This document shows, piece by piece, positions 1 to 12,391 of a stretch of 64,000 nt of DNA (its first letter is position 1; every line of letters begins with the position of its first letter). Position numbers and translations under genes: made by a program. This DNA comes from Lingula anatina (taxonomy: Eukaryota; Animalia; Brachiopoda). The DNA is taken from NCBI GenBank assembly GCA_051362555.1, contig CM120648.1:10784587-10848586 (forward strand), read 5' to 3'. Under the pieces are notes generated by a model. It had not been told where the DNA came from. It saw only the letters and a list, made by a program, of their open reading frames with translations, and made no database searches.

Positions 1-419
1 AATATACAAAAATGACAGTGTGAACTAAAGTTAGCTCAGTAGCCAATATAAGTCCCGTTGATTACGATAAAGATAAAACCTATAGGTACAGACAAAATCA
101 CACTAGAGACCCTAGTACACCATTATATCCATTTTATTGGTTTCTTCGTTCTTTAAAAGGTGAGTAACCTAACATAACTGTATGCACAGAGAATACAACG
201 CCAGATCACTTGAACTATAATATCTAAAATGAGTTGTAATTTATTACATGTGTCTTGTACTTCTGACGCCATCAGTACGAACAGTCAGGTGGTCTAGCGT
301 TGGGCTGACTCCTGTATCGTTCTGTTGACAAATTTTGAGGAATCTCTTCCACTCTGCAATTTGTATAAACATCGTGTCTTTACCCAAAATCTGAACAAGG
401 TCTTAATATTGACTTATCT

Positions 420-460
420 CAACTCGATTGTTATTGGCTTTAGCGAAACATGGTTCGGTC
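420..460 (+). mobile_element. Possible LINE (CR1/L2-like) endonuclease remnant
   Basis: Translates to IVIGFSETWF, resembling the APE ETW motif; very short. Confidence 0.3.
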
Positions 461-1019
461 AAAAAAGTATCCATATGTCGGCAATTACTATTTAGGATTT
501 GAAAATTTGCATACAAGCGGTCGGTTGTGCAGTGCGTAAAATAGGTTAAGCATTGTTTTAAAAAATTGTCAGTCTGTGCAAGAATGGTGCGATAAAGACA
601 AACATTGCTAGACAGATCACTGTGTCACACCGAACGGTCCGCACAGTTATATAAAGTTATACCCAGACTGATGTACCTACACAGAGTCCACACCCAATGT
701 ATCGAAATCTAACCATCAGGATACAGGACTCATTGTCCTTCTGGATATGCTGCTGCAACTAAACAAACCACCCATTCCGTTCAGAATGAGGGGCAAATTG
801 CCACAGGGTTTATAGTCATCCTGAAGAGGCCTGTATCGTGTGCAGCGTCTCAGGTGACTATGGTCGTTGGCAGCGTCAGTATTTGGAGTGGAGATCACAT
901 TGGTGCCAAAACATAAATGGTAGTCATCCATGAAAACCTGAACCACATCAAATAAAGGAATAATCTGGGAGCTATTTGATACCATTTGGTAGGGGACACT
1001 TTGGGAACAATTTTAGGTT

Positions 1020-1480
1020 ACACGATGAGATAACCAGTTCTCAAAGAGCACTTTTGATAGCAGATAACTTACAGAACCATGGGAATGAGCAGCTACCTTG
1101 GTCATCAAACTCGCCGTATTTGAACCACATAGACGACATGTGAGTGGGTCAAAACTGAATCAATTTAAACCAAACTGAACAAGTTTTGACCGATGTCTGG
1201 AATGTTATTCCAGATCAAACTCTACAAACCTATCCCAAGGAATGCCTTGCCACATGAGAGCCCTGGTAGCAGCCAGATGAGGTCTGGGATGACAGCGACC
1301 GTCGCTATGACTATAGACACTGACATGGGGGTCCTTTGTGGGGAGTGTGACTATTTTACAGATGACAATTTGGAAAATATGGAGATCCAAAATATCGCTT
1401 TTAATGGTTGTCGCATGACTTAGAATAGGCAATGTATTTCAGAGTGCTTTATTGACGAATTTAATTGATGAAATGTCATC
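1020..1480 (+). mobile_element. Highly decayed Tc1-like transposase remnant in intron
   Basis: ~1096-1143 translates to PWSSNSPYLNHIDDM*, resembling WPxxSPDLNPIENxW; downstream MRALVAAR resembles the Tc1 C-terminus. Confidence 0.45.
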
Positions 1481-1660
1481 AAAGTAATAATTAAAAGTTG
1501 TTAAAACACGATTTTTATCCAAATTTCCAAATTTCAGCAAAAAAAAAAAAAACTGATGGAAAATTATTTGTAAAAAATATTCCATATTAAATGTCAATTC
1601 TGTATATTGACACGCGCGTGTAGAATATTTCGTTTACTCTTGATTTTTTTTTTAATTTAA

Positions 1661-1971
1661 AGGGATAAAAACTCTTCGTTTTGGGAAAAAAAAAAAAAAG
1701 AATTTTCCTGGAGTAAACAACCATTTTCCCCTACTTACCAATGGTTAATGAGTGCATTTTTACATTCAAAGTTTGTCCCTGTTTTTTCCTAAAATTTTTT
1801 TTATTTTTTTTGTTATAATTTCTTAAGAGATTATTACAGAGAATAGCCATCAATGGAGGTCACGTGGTCTAAAGACAAGCTCAGATATCAGAATAATACC
1901 TATAACTGCCGTTTTAGTGGTAAATGTTTTTATTGTGAAATATAGATCTCAAACGAAGAGTTATTATTCCA
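1661..1971. mobile_element. TTAA-flanked MITE family 1 (Kolobok-like), copy 1
   Basis: TTAA|AGGGATAAAAACTCTTCG...CGAAGAGTTATTATTCCA|TTAA; other copies at 40046-40381 and partially ~49555-49810. Confidence 0.75.
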
Positions 1972-2053
1972 TTAAGAATAGACATTAACAATTTTAAGAG
2001 TTAAGATAAAATGGATTTGAATGAATTATTATTTGCTTTTAGTGGTTTCAGAG

Positions 2054-3337
2054 ATGACACATGGGGGCGGATCGGGCGGCGGAGGCGGCGGCGGTGGCGG
2101 CGGTGGCGGCGGGTACTACGGCGACGGATATTGGGGAGCGAACGACGGAAGATATGATGAAGGTTGCCAATTGTGTTGCTCTTTCATCTTCATGCTACTG
2201 GCTCCCCTTCTCTGTCTGACCAAACTAACCGGCAAACAGCGAATCGCCGTGTTATGGGTCCAAATCATCATTATTACAGTAGTGACGGGCACCGTATTGT
2301 ACTACAAATACAACGCTACAAAGAAAGTCAACGTCGCTCCTACGGACATGCGCGCTTTGACCAAAGACACGACCACGTTACTTGGCGATGGAATGACGCT
2401 GAAGTCGCAAAGCATTTTCAGTGCATACTTGTTCAAGCAAGTACCCAGGGTAGTCTTTAATGCCACGGCATCGCTGATTGCGTACGATGCAACGATAAAC
2501 TTAAAAACCGACAAATATGAGTATTATGGTTATTATCTGCTTCCAGGGTCAACCATCAAGCAACTGGTGTGTTCCTATGTTACCACAAGCATACTAAAAT
2601 TGTTCGTGATACGAGGTAGAAGCAATCTCGACAAATGGATCAATGATGATTGCGGAAATTGCTATATTTACTCTCGCCTTGTCGATACAAGCTATGGTAG
2701 CTGCGCCTGGGGCACACATTCTAACACCTACACTCTGCACGTAGAAAAAGCTGACGATTACTATTTCCTTTACGCCAACTTTCACATGTTCGACACAAAC
2801 AACGTTCAAGCTCGCTTCCGGTTGAACCGCACCATCTATGACGTCACGGACGGACTTCTGAAATCATCGTGCAATCACGTGACTCACTGCCATTATCCAC
2901 TGGCGATAAATTCAGCGGAAGTTGTCGTAATCGAAGCGCCTGCGTCTTACTCACACGATGACGATATGGACGTCACAAACAGCCCTCGCTCTTGGCTGTA
3001 TGTAGTTTTCTTCCTACTCATTCCATTGATACTCGGTTTCAGTGTTTCTTTTCTCTTGTTCTTCTTCTGCAAAGACCCTGAACAGCTGGAGAGGTCAACA
3101 AATCCTCAAACACCTAGACGTCCAAGTTTTTCTGCCAGGTCTCAACGTGCCACCGGCGGAGCAGCGAACGTGGCTGTTATTCAGGTGTCAGATCGCACTC
3201 CTTTGGCGCCAAATGCACCGCTGGCATACGATGGTATATCCCAGATCCCTCCCGTGAGTAAAGAGACCGGGATGCAGCCGTCGTATGAACAGACTATTCA
3301 AGGAGGCTTGGGCAATGTTGCTGCATATCAATATTAA
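2054..3337 (+). CDS. APD1-4/DUF4793-like membrane protein, paralogue A (no RING domain); single coding exon
   Basis: Acceptor ttttag at 2042, then ATG at 2054. Gly-rich N-terminus, Cys cluster, hydrophobic segments, middle domain with YEYYGYYLLPGSTI, DDYYFLYAN, FRLNRTIYDV and CNHVTHCHYPL, then a C-terminal TM and Pro-rich tail. Upstream non-coding exon ends at donor aag|gtgagt (159). Family recognised from motifs, not from a search. Confidence 0.75.
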   Translation: MTHGGGSGGGGGGGGGGGGGYYGDGYWGANDGRYDEGCQLCCSFIFMLLAPLLCLTKLTGKQRIAVLWVQIIIITVVTGTVLYYKYNATKKVNVAPTDMRALTKDTTTLLGDGMTLKSQSIFSAYLFKQVPRVVFNATASLIAYDATINLKTDKYEYYGYYLLPGSTIKQLVCSYVTTSILKLFVIRGRSNLDKWINDDCGNCYIYSRLVDTSYGSCAWGTHSNTYTLHVEKADDYYFLYANFHMFDTNNVQARFRLNRTIYDVTDGLLKSSCNHVTHCHYPLAINSAEVVVIEAPASYSHDDDMDVTNSPRSWLYVVFFLLIPLILGFSVSFLLFFFCKDPEQLERSTNPQTPRRPSFSARSQRATGGAANVAVIQVSDRTPLAPNAPLAYDGISQIPPVSKETGMQPSYEQTIQGGLGNVAAYQY

Positions 3338-4857
3338 GACTAATAATAGACTGGATATTTAGGTTTTGAAATTTAGCAAGTTATTCTTTATGGTCTTTAC
3401 ATTATAAATCTGCATGCAAATCTGTTTTTCTCTGTTTTAACTGTGTCTTCTATTTTGAATGTTAATAATTTTCATTATCTGAACAATGTACATAGATACA
3501 TAGATACAGGTCGTTTCTGAGTGCAATTTTGATTAATAAGAAATTAAATACGTTCCACATGTTTATCTTTATTTTGCAGATATTTATAATTTTCCTAATT
3601 CCACATTACGATAAGCACCACCGATACCCTCAATTCAAGTATATTAGTACTGAGGTTCTCTAACAATCTCCGCACGGTGCGATGATTCATGAACAACATG
3701 CAAACACGCAAAACAAATGGAGAGCAGCGTTTTACCGCTGTCAGTTCGGTGATTACTAATATACTCATGGCCAGAAACTGAATATTTCATAGGCACTCAA
3801 ATGAATCTTTAAAACTTGTTGCACGACTGTACATCTTTGGTCCTCTCTACTGATCGATAAGATGTAGATTTATTATCTGAGTTAAACTTAATGAGGCCAG
3901 ATATGTTGCTATTATACCATAAAAATGACAACTATATCAAATCAATATACGGGCTATCGGAGGACCATTGATCATTGGAGTATAATAGATTTAGCATAAT
4001 GGTGGTGAGGAGTGTGAGTAAAAGATAAAACGGTTTTGGAACACTTTGCATGGAAATATTAAAGAAGTGATTTTTAAATCACTTCTTTAACATTTACATT
4101 TAAAAAGCAATTTTACTGAGAAGAAATTATTATCAGTAGTAGTCAGTATTGGTATTATTTGAAGGGAGTGGGGGAGAGAAGGCAACCCAGCAATTAAGGG
4201 GGAGTGGCAGGTAACCCCCGTACGTATCTTTTAAGCCACTAAAATTATAAGCGCAGGAAGCCACTAATAATAAGAATAAGTATCAAAAAATTAATTGATC
4301 AATTAATTAATGAATTATAGGGGAAAAAACATACGAAAAGTGATGGGCCGACGTTGGACCACCATGTTTGACATCGCTCAAGTTACAGGTCGCTGGTGGA
4401 CCAACGTTGGACCGGCGGTCAGGCCATAGGCAATAAACTGATAGTCTGGAATTTTATCATAATTGTGTTATCCTTATTATATTTTTCATCACAAACAATA
4501 ACAATCTCGCCTTTAACACCCTGTATAAACCAATTTAAATACGCAGTGACATAAAAAGGAAAAAATAAAACAAGACCAAACATATTCGACTAAGTTTGTA
4601 CCTACTTGACTTGACGACCACGACCTCAACAAAAACGCCATTAGAATCCCCAACATGGCTGAACTCAGACATACATTACTAAAAATCTGCAAGTCCGTGA
4701 TGCAACTTGTGTCTTTACAAAAAAGAAAGGACTGAGGTTTTACCTGTTCAGGATTCGGGACAGGAAAATCAGTTACTTTTTGTTCTTATAACGTAACAAG
4801 TGAAGGGATCCTGCGGGGAATTCATTTCTCACCCACCCCCCACCCCTCTCCCCGCAC

Positions 4858-4860
<3 letters not shown>

Positions 4861-4934
<74 letters not shown>

Positions 4935-4982
4935 CCATCCGTCTGCCCAAGGTAATACACATCCTCTCTCTCACTTTCTCTC

Positions 4983-5020
<38 letters not shown>
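4861..5020. repeat. Compound (CT)n/(CA)n microsatellite
   Basis: Directly visible. Confidence 0.95.
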
Positions 5021-5024
<4 letters not shown>

Positions 5025-7165
5025 CACAACATTTCTATCTTAGAGGTATCCCCTTCAAATTGTTTACATTTTACCGTGTCTGTTGCTGTCATGAGACTCA
5101 CGACCTCGTGACATAGTACATATTTCGCAATGTACACAAATGACAGTGTGAACTAAAGTTAGCTCAACAGCCAATATAAGGTGCGTTGACCACGATAAAG
5201 ATAAAACCTATAGGTACAGACGAAATCGCTCTAGAGACCCTAGTACACCATTGTGTTGTATTGTTTTGTTCTTTAAGAAGGTGAGTAAACTAACATATGC
5301 ACAGAGACTAGAAGGTCAGACATTTTGAACTATAATCTCTAAAAAGATGTGTGATTTATAGCATGTTTCTTGTACTTCTGACATCATCAGTGCTAACACT
5401 CAGGTGGTCTAGCGCTGGTCTGGCTCCTGTCTTATCCCGATAATTACAACCGTTGGATTATAGGATAAAAGTCTAAGGGATCTATTTCACGTGCACCCTG
5501 CGATGTGTTTAAACCTAATTTATTTACCCAAATTCTGAACAAGGCCTTAATATTGACTTACCTTAACTCTGTTGTTATCCACCTATATACAGTGGAAAAC
5601 TGCTTTTACCTTCAACACTATGCAAGACAATTTTCTCTCAAACTGACGAAGAACACATTCTTACTGTTGTCGTTTTGGCATTAAGTAGTTGTCACAGCAA
5701 CTTCTGTGCCTTCTTGTGTCGTTAAACAGGTATTTAATTGATTAATTTGTATCTGCTTTTTTCGTTGGTATCAATGCCTACTTCATTAATTCCTTTAGAT
5801 TAAATAGCGCAATTATGTATGAGCGCCCATCTTCAATTCAGATTTCATTCTTCTGTCATGTGAAATACGTAATTGAACATACTTCAAATAGACTGGTTAA
5901 TTAAGGTGCATTATATGTCATATTTTATCATTTAAGTCTAGATTATTCACTTGTACACTGCTGTTCAACATAGTCCCTTCACTTGTACACTGGTGTTCAC
6001 CAAACGTCGTCTAAAATCAATTAAGTCTAATGTGGTTACGAGTTTGATTTTTCTTGCGTAAAGGAGGACCTTCAAAACAACGGCTAAACCAGTTATTTAC
6101 ACTACACCATTTTCCTGTCTCTAGGATCACCATTTCTTGAGTACAAATATATATGATACATGTATGAAGTAACCGCTTTGGATACAGTGAAGTGTAAAGA
6201 TATGAATTTATACTGCTGGACTGTTTTTATTTTAAATTAAAAAGCGTATTATTGCGCCGCGATACATACAGTACATGTGAACACATTTATTTATCGCCGA
6301 ACTCTGTTCGACTTGCTCAATTTGGGTTAAGTTACATATGATAACAAGTGGGTACTTTGTATTAATTATTTACATAAAATAAACACTAGCAGCAGGACGA
6401 TGTAACACAAGACTGGTTACTACGTTTCTATGCACCTTATACATATATGTCACCTGCAGCTTCGGAAAGATAAAAAGACACAGGCCCGTATGCGGAGGGG
6501 CTGGGGGAAAGGTCGGTCGCCTTGTGGCATAAAATGACCTAATTAGAAAAATTATATAGGTCAACCAGTGAAAAGATCCACCTTTTTTTCAGTGAAAGAA
6601 CCCCACTTTGTTTCAGAATTAAGGAATTAATAATTAAATGAGTGAATGAAATAAACATATTTTGATGATATACATAAATAAAACCTTTGTGCAACTTATG
6701 CATAACAGCTTGTATGGATGAATATATATTCACTCAGATTATATAAAATACGTTACCACTGCACTGGCATGAGACCGTACAAGAATGAGAGGTAAAAATT
6801 GTGTACTTTATGTACAGATTGGTGTATTAAAAATATAATGGCATGGTGGATAACAGAGAGATTTTAATCCAAATATTGGTCTAAACTTTCACGAAAAACA
6901 AATCTGTTCAAATCAATGATAAAACAGTTCAGTATTGTTCAGAAACATTAGCTAGCTGTCTATCTTTGTTGTTTTTAGCTTAATTAGAAGATATGTGGAA
7001 ATGTAGAATATTTCGTTTTTGGGACATTTTCAAACGCGGATTGTATAAAGTTTAATTTAAATAGATTAATTTTCAAAATTTAAAAATAGACATCCACAAT
7101 TTCAGTAATAAAGATTTAAAAAAAAGATTTGAAGGAATTGTTTTTTGCTTTCAGTGGTTTCAGAG

Positions 7166-8461
7166 ATGACACATGGGGGTGGATCTTGCGGTGGCGGATA
7201 CAGCGGCGGTGGCGGCGGGTTCTACGGCGGTGGATATTGGGGAGCAAACTCAAGTCGTCGAAGAAAAAATGACGAGGATTGCGAAAAATGCTGCTCTTGC
7301 ATCTTCATACTACTAGGCTCTCTACTTTGTCTGACCAAACTAACCCGCAAACAGCGAATCGCCGTATTCTGGGTCCAAATCATCATTATTACAGTAGTGA
7401 CGAGTGTAGTGCTGCACTCCAAATACAACACTACCAAGAAAGTCAACGTCGCTCCTACTGACATGCGCGCTTTGAACAAAGACACGACCACGTTACTTGG
7501 GGATGGAATGACGCTGAAATCGCACAGCAACTTCAATGCATATTTGTTCAAAAAAGTGCCCAGGGTCGTCTCTAATGCCACGGCTTTACCGTATACGTAC
7601 GACACAACATTAAGCTTACAACCCGACAGATATGAGTATTACGGTTATTATCTGCTTCCAGGGTCGACCATCGAGCAACGAGCGTGTACCTATTTTACCA
7701 ACAGTATTGTAACCATGTTCGTGATACGAGGCAGAAGCAATCTTGACAAATGGATAAAAAGTAAAAACAAGAATGACTGCGGAAATTGTTACATTTACTC
7801 TCACTTTGTCGAAACAAGCTATGGTCGCTGCTCCTGGGATGAGCAGTTTAACACCTACACTTTACTGGTAGAAGAAGCCGACGATTACTATTTTCTTTTC
7901 GCAAACCTTTACATGTTTGATTCAAACTTCATCCATGCTCACTTTCGGTTGAACCGCACCATCTATGACGTCACAGACGGGCTTCTGAGGTCATCGTGCA
8001 ATCACGTGACTCGCTGCCATTACCCATTGGAGATAAATTCAGCGGAAGTTGTCGTCATCGAAGCGCCTGCGTTCTACTCACACGATGACGATATGGACGT
8101 CACAAACAACCCTCGCTCTTGGCTATATGTAGTTTTCTTCCTAGTTATTCCATTGGTACTCGGCGTGAGCGTTTCTTCTCTCTTGTTCTTCTTCTGCAAG
8201 GACCCCAGCAAGCCGGAAAGGTCAACAAATCCTCAAACACCTAGACGTCAGGGGACTCCTGGCAGGCCCACACGTGTCACCGGTGGAGAGGCGAACGTGG
8301 CTGTCATTCAGGTATCAGACCGCACTCCATTGGCGCCAAACCTACCGCCGGCGTATGATTGCATCCCTGAGATCCCTCCCGTGAGTAAAGAGGCCGGGAT
8401 GCCGCCGACGTATGAACAGGCTGTGGAGGGAGGTTTAGACAATGTTGCTGCATATCAATAA
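7166..8461 (+). CDS. APD1-4/DUF4793-like membrane protein, paralogue B, with two PPxY motifs
   Basis: Collinear with 2054-3337. Acceptor ttcag at 7154, ATG at 7166, upstream donor aag|gtgagt at 5280. Tail contains LPPAY and MPPTY. Confidence 0.75.
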   Translation: MTHGGGSCGGGYSGGGGGFYGGGYWGANSSRRRKNDEDCEKCCSCIFILLGSLLCLTKLTRKQRIAVFWVQIIIITVVTSVVLHSKYNTTKKVNVAPTDMRALNKDTTTLLGDGMTLKSHSNFNAYLFKKVPRVVSNATALPYTYDTTLSLQPDRYEYYGYYLLPGSTIEQRACTYFTNSIVTMFVIRGRSNLDKWIKSKNKNDCGNCYIYSHFVETSYGRCSWDEQFNTYTLLVEEADDYYFLFANLYMFDSNFIHAHFRLNRTIYDVTDGLLRSSCNHVTRCHYPLEINSAEVVVIEAPAFYSHDDDMDVTNNPRSWLYVVFFLVIPLVLGVSVSSLLFFFCKDPSKPERSTNPQTPRRQGTPGRPTRVTGGEANVAVIQVSDRTPLAPNLPPAYDCIPEIPPVSKEAGMPPTYEQAVEGGLDNVAAYQ

Positions 8462-9204
8462 AAAGACGAAGAATAAACTAGATATGTATCATTTGAAATT
8501 GAAAAAAATTACGTCTGATGTTTACAAAATTCATAGGTCATATACATATAAATCTACATGTGCATGTGTGTCTGTCGGTTTTAACTATATTGAACTATAT
8601 TATTCCCTATACTGAAGATTAATTATTTAAACAACTTAATTAGGTAAACATACAGACCGTCTCTGAGTGCAGTTGTGATTTATAAGAAGTTACATACGTT
8701 TCACATATACATGTTTGTCTTTATTTAGCATGCAGATATATTTTTTTCTGAATTCTGCATTACTAAAAACACCACCAAAACTACTCGTACGGTTCTAAGC
8801 ACGTATTAAATACATACATGTATGAAACAGGGAAGATTCCCTGGTATGTCAACTTGCTCACATGCATTTTAACACTTGGCTCACTACTGTACACGTATAC
8901 TTGTATGTATATATATACTGGTTATCTTTCTCTTTCCCAATAAAAGATATAATCCACATATAGTAGGCCTATCTGAGATAGTCTTAGTGAGGCATATATT
9001 TCACAAAAATGAACATTATATCAGATCGGTATACCTGCTATAGAAGAACAACTGATCACCGTGGATCCGGAATTATGCTTAGGGTGTGGTGGAGTGTGAG
9101 CAAAGTAGAAGTTCTGGCACAGTTTGCATGAAAATAATAAAGAAGTGGATAAGAGCCACTTTACTGTAATATGAAAAGTTTTGTCTCATTTTAATTTCTT
9201 CTTT

Positions 9205-9235
<31 letters not shown>

Positions 9236-9640
9236 TTCGGGAGAAGGGAAGGGAGGGAGTACTATAAAGCTAGCTGACTAACTATAGCCTACCTTTCCAT
9301 GAGTTAGCTTTTCAATGAGGTATTACTGATATGGGTTATAAATGAAATCAAGATCGAGCTGGCAATACCGAAATCTAGAACCAGCACGGTGGGTTACCTG
9401 TCTCTCTCCTCTATTTCTGAGGTATGAGGGATGACCTATTATACACCTTCCCGTCCCATCCCAAACACAAACCCTTTGTCTTGCTTTTTGTTGTTTTCGG
9501 AATGGTTTGCCCTCACTGCTTTAGAATAATTGACTTTCTACGAGCTTGTCTTAATCGAGACCATTCGTACAGCTATAAGTTGGCAGCAGGCCAATATACA
9601 CTGGAAAAGAAAAGAAAAGAAAACATTCTATCAATGGTTA

Positions 9641-9684
9641 TACGTCATGCACATTTAGGGGATTTCCCTAGTTGAAAAATTCCC
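9641..9684 (+). promoter_or_regulatory. CRE half-site plus paired NF-kB-like sites upstream of coiled-coil gene A
   Basis: TACGTCA (9641), GGGGATTTCCC (9658-9668), GAAAAATTCCC (9674-9684); non-coding exon donor cag|gtaag at 9802. Confidence 0.6.
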
Positions 9685-10183
9685 AGGCGTTGTTAAGGAC
9701 TTCTCTCCAAAACAAACAGTACACACTACTTAACAGTATGTATAGGTGGTCGTCAGGTATACAAGAAACGTGCAGGTATAGGGGTTGTCGTCAGTTAAAC
9801 AGGTAAGAAGAATATCTCCTGCTTTTATAACTTAAAAAAAGAACCACAGCATGTTCATCATGAAATAGGTTAATTTTTATTCTCTTGTTTTCAGATGGTC
9901 ATTTTGTTGAGAAAAAATAGATGATAAAAAGACTAAACCTGTATTAACCGCAATGAATGACGCTTCGATCCTTCATTTAAAAGGACTCCAATGTTATGAA
10001 GGCACTTTAATGAATTTCATTAAGGACTGTAACCTCATCCCCTACAGTAATGGTATACAAAACATATGAGTCTATTTTTGCCACTCTTATATTGCCTCGC
10101 CCTGTATATATTAATCTTTTTAGAAATGATTTACTATATTTGACCAATTTCATTTTCTGTTCACAATAGATTAACAAAGAGAC

Positions 10184-10756
10184 ATGGCTGCAGCAAATGA
10201 AGTTCTAGAGCTCCGCCAGGAAGTTGAGAAACTTAACCAGGAATTGCTCCAAGAAAAGGAACGATGTAGAAATTATGCCACCACGAACAACGCCCATGTG
10301 CGTTATAGTCGGCAGCTCGAAAGTAAAGTCAGTGCATTGGAAATAGAAAAGGATCAAGTTATTCAGGCCAATAATACAATGTCCGACGAAATCAAGAGAC
10401 TCGCTGAGCAAAACAAGCGTATTCAATCAAATTACAGCTGTCTTATCGCAAAGAGTGATATCGCAAATTTTGCGAAAATTTGCAGGTTCTGCCTTGTGAT
10501 CGTAATCTTTATCGAATTTATATTTTGGGCATACTGGGACCTTTCTAATATTTATGCGCATGCGGGTATGGGGGATATTATAGGATATCTGATGCTGCGA
10601 GATGAAATTAAGATGATCCCTATTCGAAAGGGTGAGGTACTATTCTTGTGCTTGTATTTCAGTTTGCCATTGCTGTTCATATACGATAAATTAGTGAAAT
10701 TTAACAACACGTTGATGTTAAAAGCACTTCGTCGTCTGGTATGGCACTTTATTTAA
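10184..10756 (+). CDS. 190-aa coiled-coil protein with C-terminal hydrophobic/TM segments, unknown family, paralogue A
   Basis: Acceptor aatag at 10169, then ATG. Heptad-rich N-terminus (EVLELRQEVEKLNQEL...) and hydrophobic segments FCLVIVIFIEFIFWAYW and VLFLCLYFSLPLLFIY. Homologous to 12392-12871. Confidence 0.75.
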   Translation: MAAANEVLELRQEVEKLNQELLQEKERCRNYATTNNAHVRYSRQLESKVSALEIEKDQVIQANNTMSDEIKRLAEQNKRIQSNYSCLIAKSDIANFAKICRFCLVIVIFIEFIFWAYWDLSNIYAHAGMGDIIGYLMLRDEIKMIPIRKGEVLFLCLYFSLPLLFIYDKLVKFNNTLMLKALRRLVWHFI

Positions 10757-11133
10757 AGGTACATACAAACCGAGCAATCGTGGAGCATGGATTCCCAGTA
10801 ACACATGTAAACCACTTGTAATAGATTCTTATATGACTAAAATAAATTGGACATGCCAAGGGATAAAATGAATAGATCACTCGATCAGCCATAAAAGGCC
10901 TTTAGACTGCTCCTTTCTTTAAATTTTTGGTTGCAAATTTAACCTACTTCCGTGACCTACTTTCCTGCCCCATTGACATACAGCTTAGAATACCAGCAGA
11001 AAAATCTGTTCAAACATCATTTTTGGGTAAAATTAAACAATGCCTTTTGGTAATTCTCTTAGTTATACTACTTGAAACTTTATGCTGGCATTTGGTTGGT
11101 TTTTGTGACAAAAAATTGACTTTGTATGCATCT
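10757..11133. mobile_element. TTAA-flanked MITE family 2 (Kolobok-like), copy 1
   Basis: TTAA|AGGTACATACAAA...TTTGTATGCATCT|TTAA; inverted copy at 55142-55507. The left TTAA overlaps the stop codon of the 10184 gene. Confidence 0.8.
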
Positions 11134-11631
11134 TTAAGGTGAAAGACAAGACATTTACATACTCATATGCATTGTAATATACAGATGCAATGAATAAATT
11201 CAAATGCTATACCCTTGATTCCATTCAGAGGGGGCGTGAGATATTTTGTATCATACCTACATAGATTTTCCTGTATCTAAAAGTGCGTCAATTGTTTTAT
11301 GTAAAACTCCATATTTACCTATAGCAGTGTGCTTCGTGTGTAATGAAAATAAAATATTTGAACCACAATTGATTGTTTTTTTTTTCTTTTAATAACCCAA
11401 AAAATAAGTACATTCAATGTGAGATTTGTAAAAAAAAAGTGCTGTAAGTTTGAATGAGCTTCAATCGATTAAGCAAATCATCGAGATTTATATACACACT
11501 TAGAGATGTTGCGTGGCAATGTGTGCTTTACTCAGTTTAAGGGGTGTTTTTGTTGCAACAATGAACTGGTAGCAGAGCAATACAAACTACAAAAAAAAAG
11601 AAAAGAAAAGAAAACACCTATTAAATGAATG

Positions 11632-11674
11632 TACGTCATACACATACGGGGAATTCCCCGTTGTGGAAAATTCC
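11632..11674 (+). promoter_or_regulatory. CRE half-site plus paired NF-kB sites upstream of coiled-coil gene B
   Basis: TACGTCA (11632), perfect palindrome GGGGAATTCCCC (11648-11659), GGAAAATTCC (11665-11674); donor cag|gtaag at 11764. Same layout as 9641-9684. Confidence 0.65.
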
Positions 11675-12391
11675 ACTGGTGGTTTCAAGTGCAATTTTCT
11701 GCCTTTATTTAGACAACAGTTGTGGCAACTAATTCAGTCTATTAGAAGAGTCGTCGAGTTACAGGTAAGAGACATTTCTCTTGATTTTTGTATCTTGAAA
11801 CGTTAAAAGGGACACTGACTTGCTTGCAGTAAAATTGGTATTTAGAGACCAAACGTGTACTTTGTAGGTTGGTCTTCCAGACGTATTCAGCCTAACTAGC
11901 AAAGCTAGTGCATTGCATCTCCATCTCGACTGGAGTAACTGAGAGGGAGAGAGACTGGTCGTTATCAACTAGATTAAACTGTTAGTTCAGTTATAGATTT
12001 AAACATTTTATTACAGACTAAGCATGATATTATCAGTGAGGCCGTGTATGATGTTTCGATCCTTCTTTCAAAGGTGCTCACATCGACCACCTGTCACGTG
12101 ATCAAGATCCCTAAAGAGCCATTCTTCTCTGGCAAATACAAGTTCTACTAAGAAACTATTCTAACATTTACGCTAATACTCCACATTATCGTTCATTGCC
12201 TCAGGACTATGCGATATATTGTAGGCCGACCGGCTAGGTAACTCACAATCGAAAGAACAGAACTATCGGTAGAAAGAAATTGTTTAAGCAAAGCTAAAAT
12301 GGCGCTTCTCCAGTTTCTTTGTACATGTAGAATAAATATTTAACCATCATGCTTATTATTCACAGCAGGTTAAGTTAAAAAAGGAATCATA

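Larger units (their letters stand above)
1..9170 (+). repeat. Tandem segmental duplication (~5.1 kb offset) carrying the APD1-like gene
   Basis: 1-430 aligns by eye to ~5132-5580 (atgacagtgtgaactaaagttagctca...ctagagaccctagtacacca...gtgagtaa). ~1980-4100 aligns to ~7085-9170, including 3' flanks. Confidence 0.9.

Noticed and set aside
2021-2053. ORF-track N-terminal extensions of the APD1-like genes (also 7145-7165)
   Set aside because: They overlap the polypyrimidine tract and splice acceptor; the ATG shared by both paralogues is downstream.
10927-11142. Near-identical ~70-aa ORFs at 10927 (+) and 55124-55348 (-) that look like a small duplicated gene
   Set aside because: Both lie inside copies of a TTAA-flanked MITE, start at non-ATG codons and have no splice or domain support.
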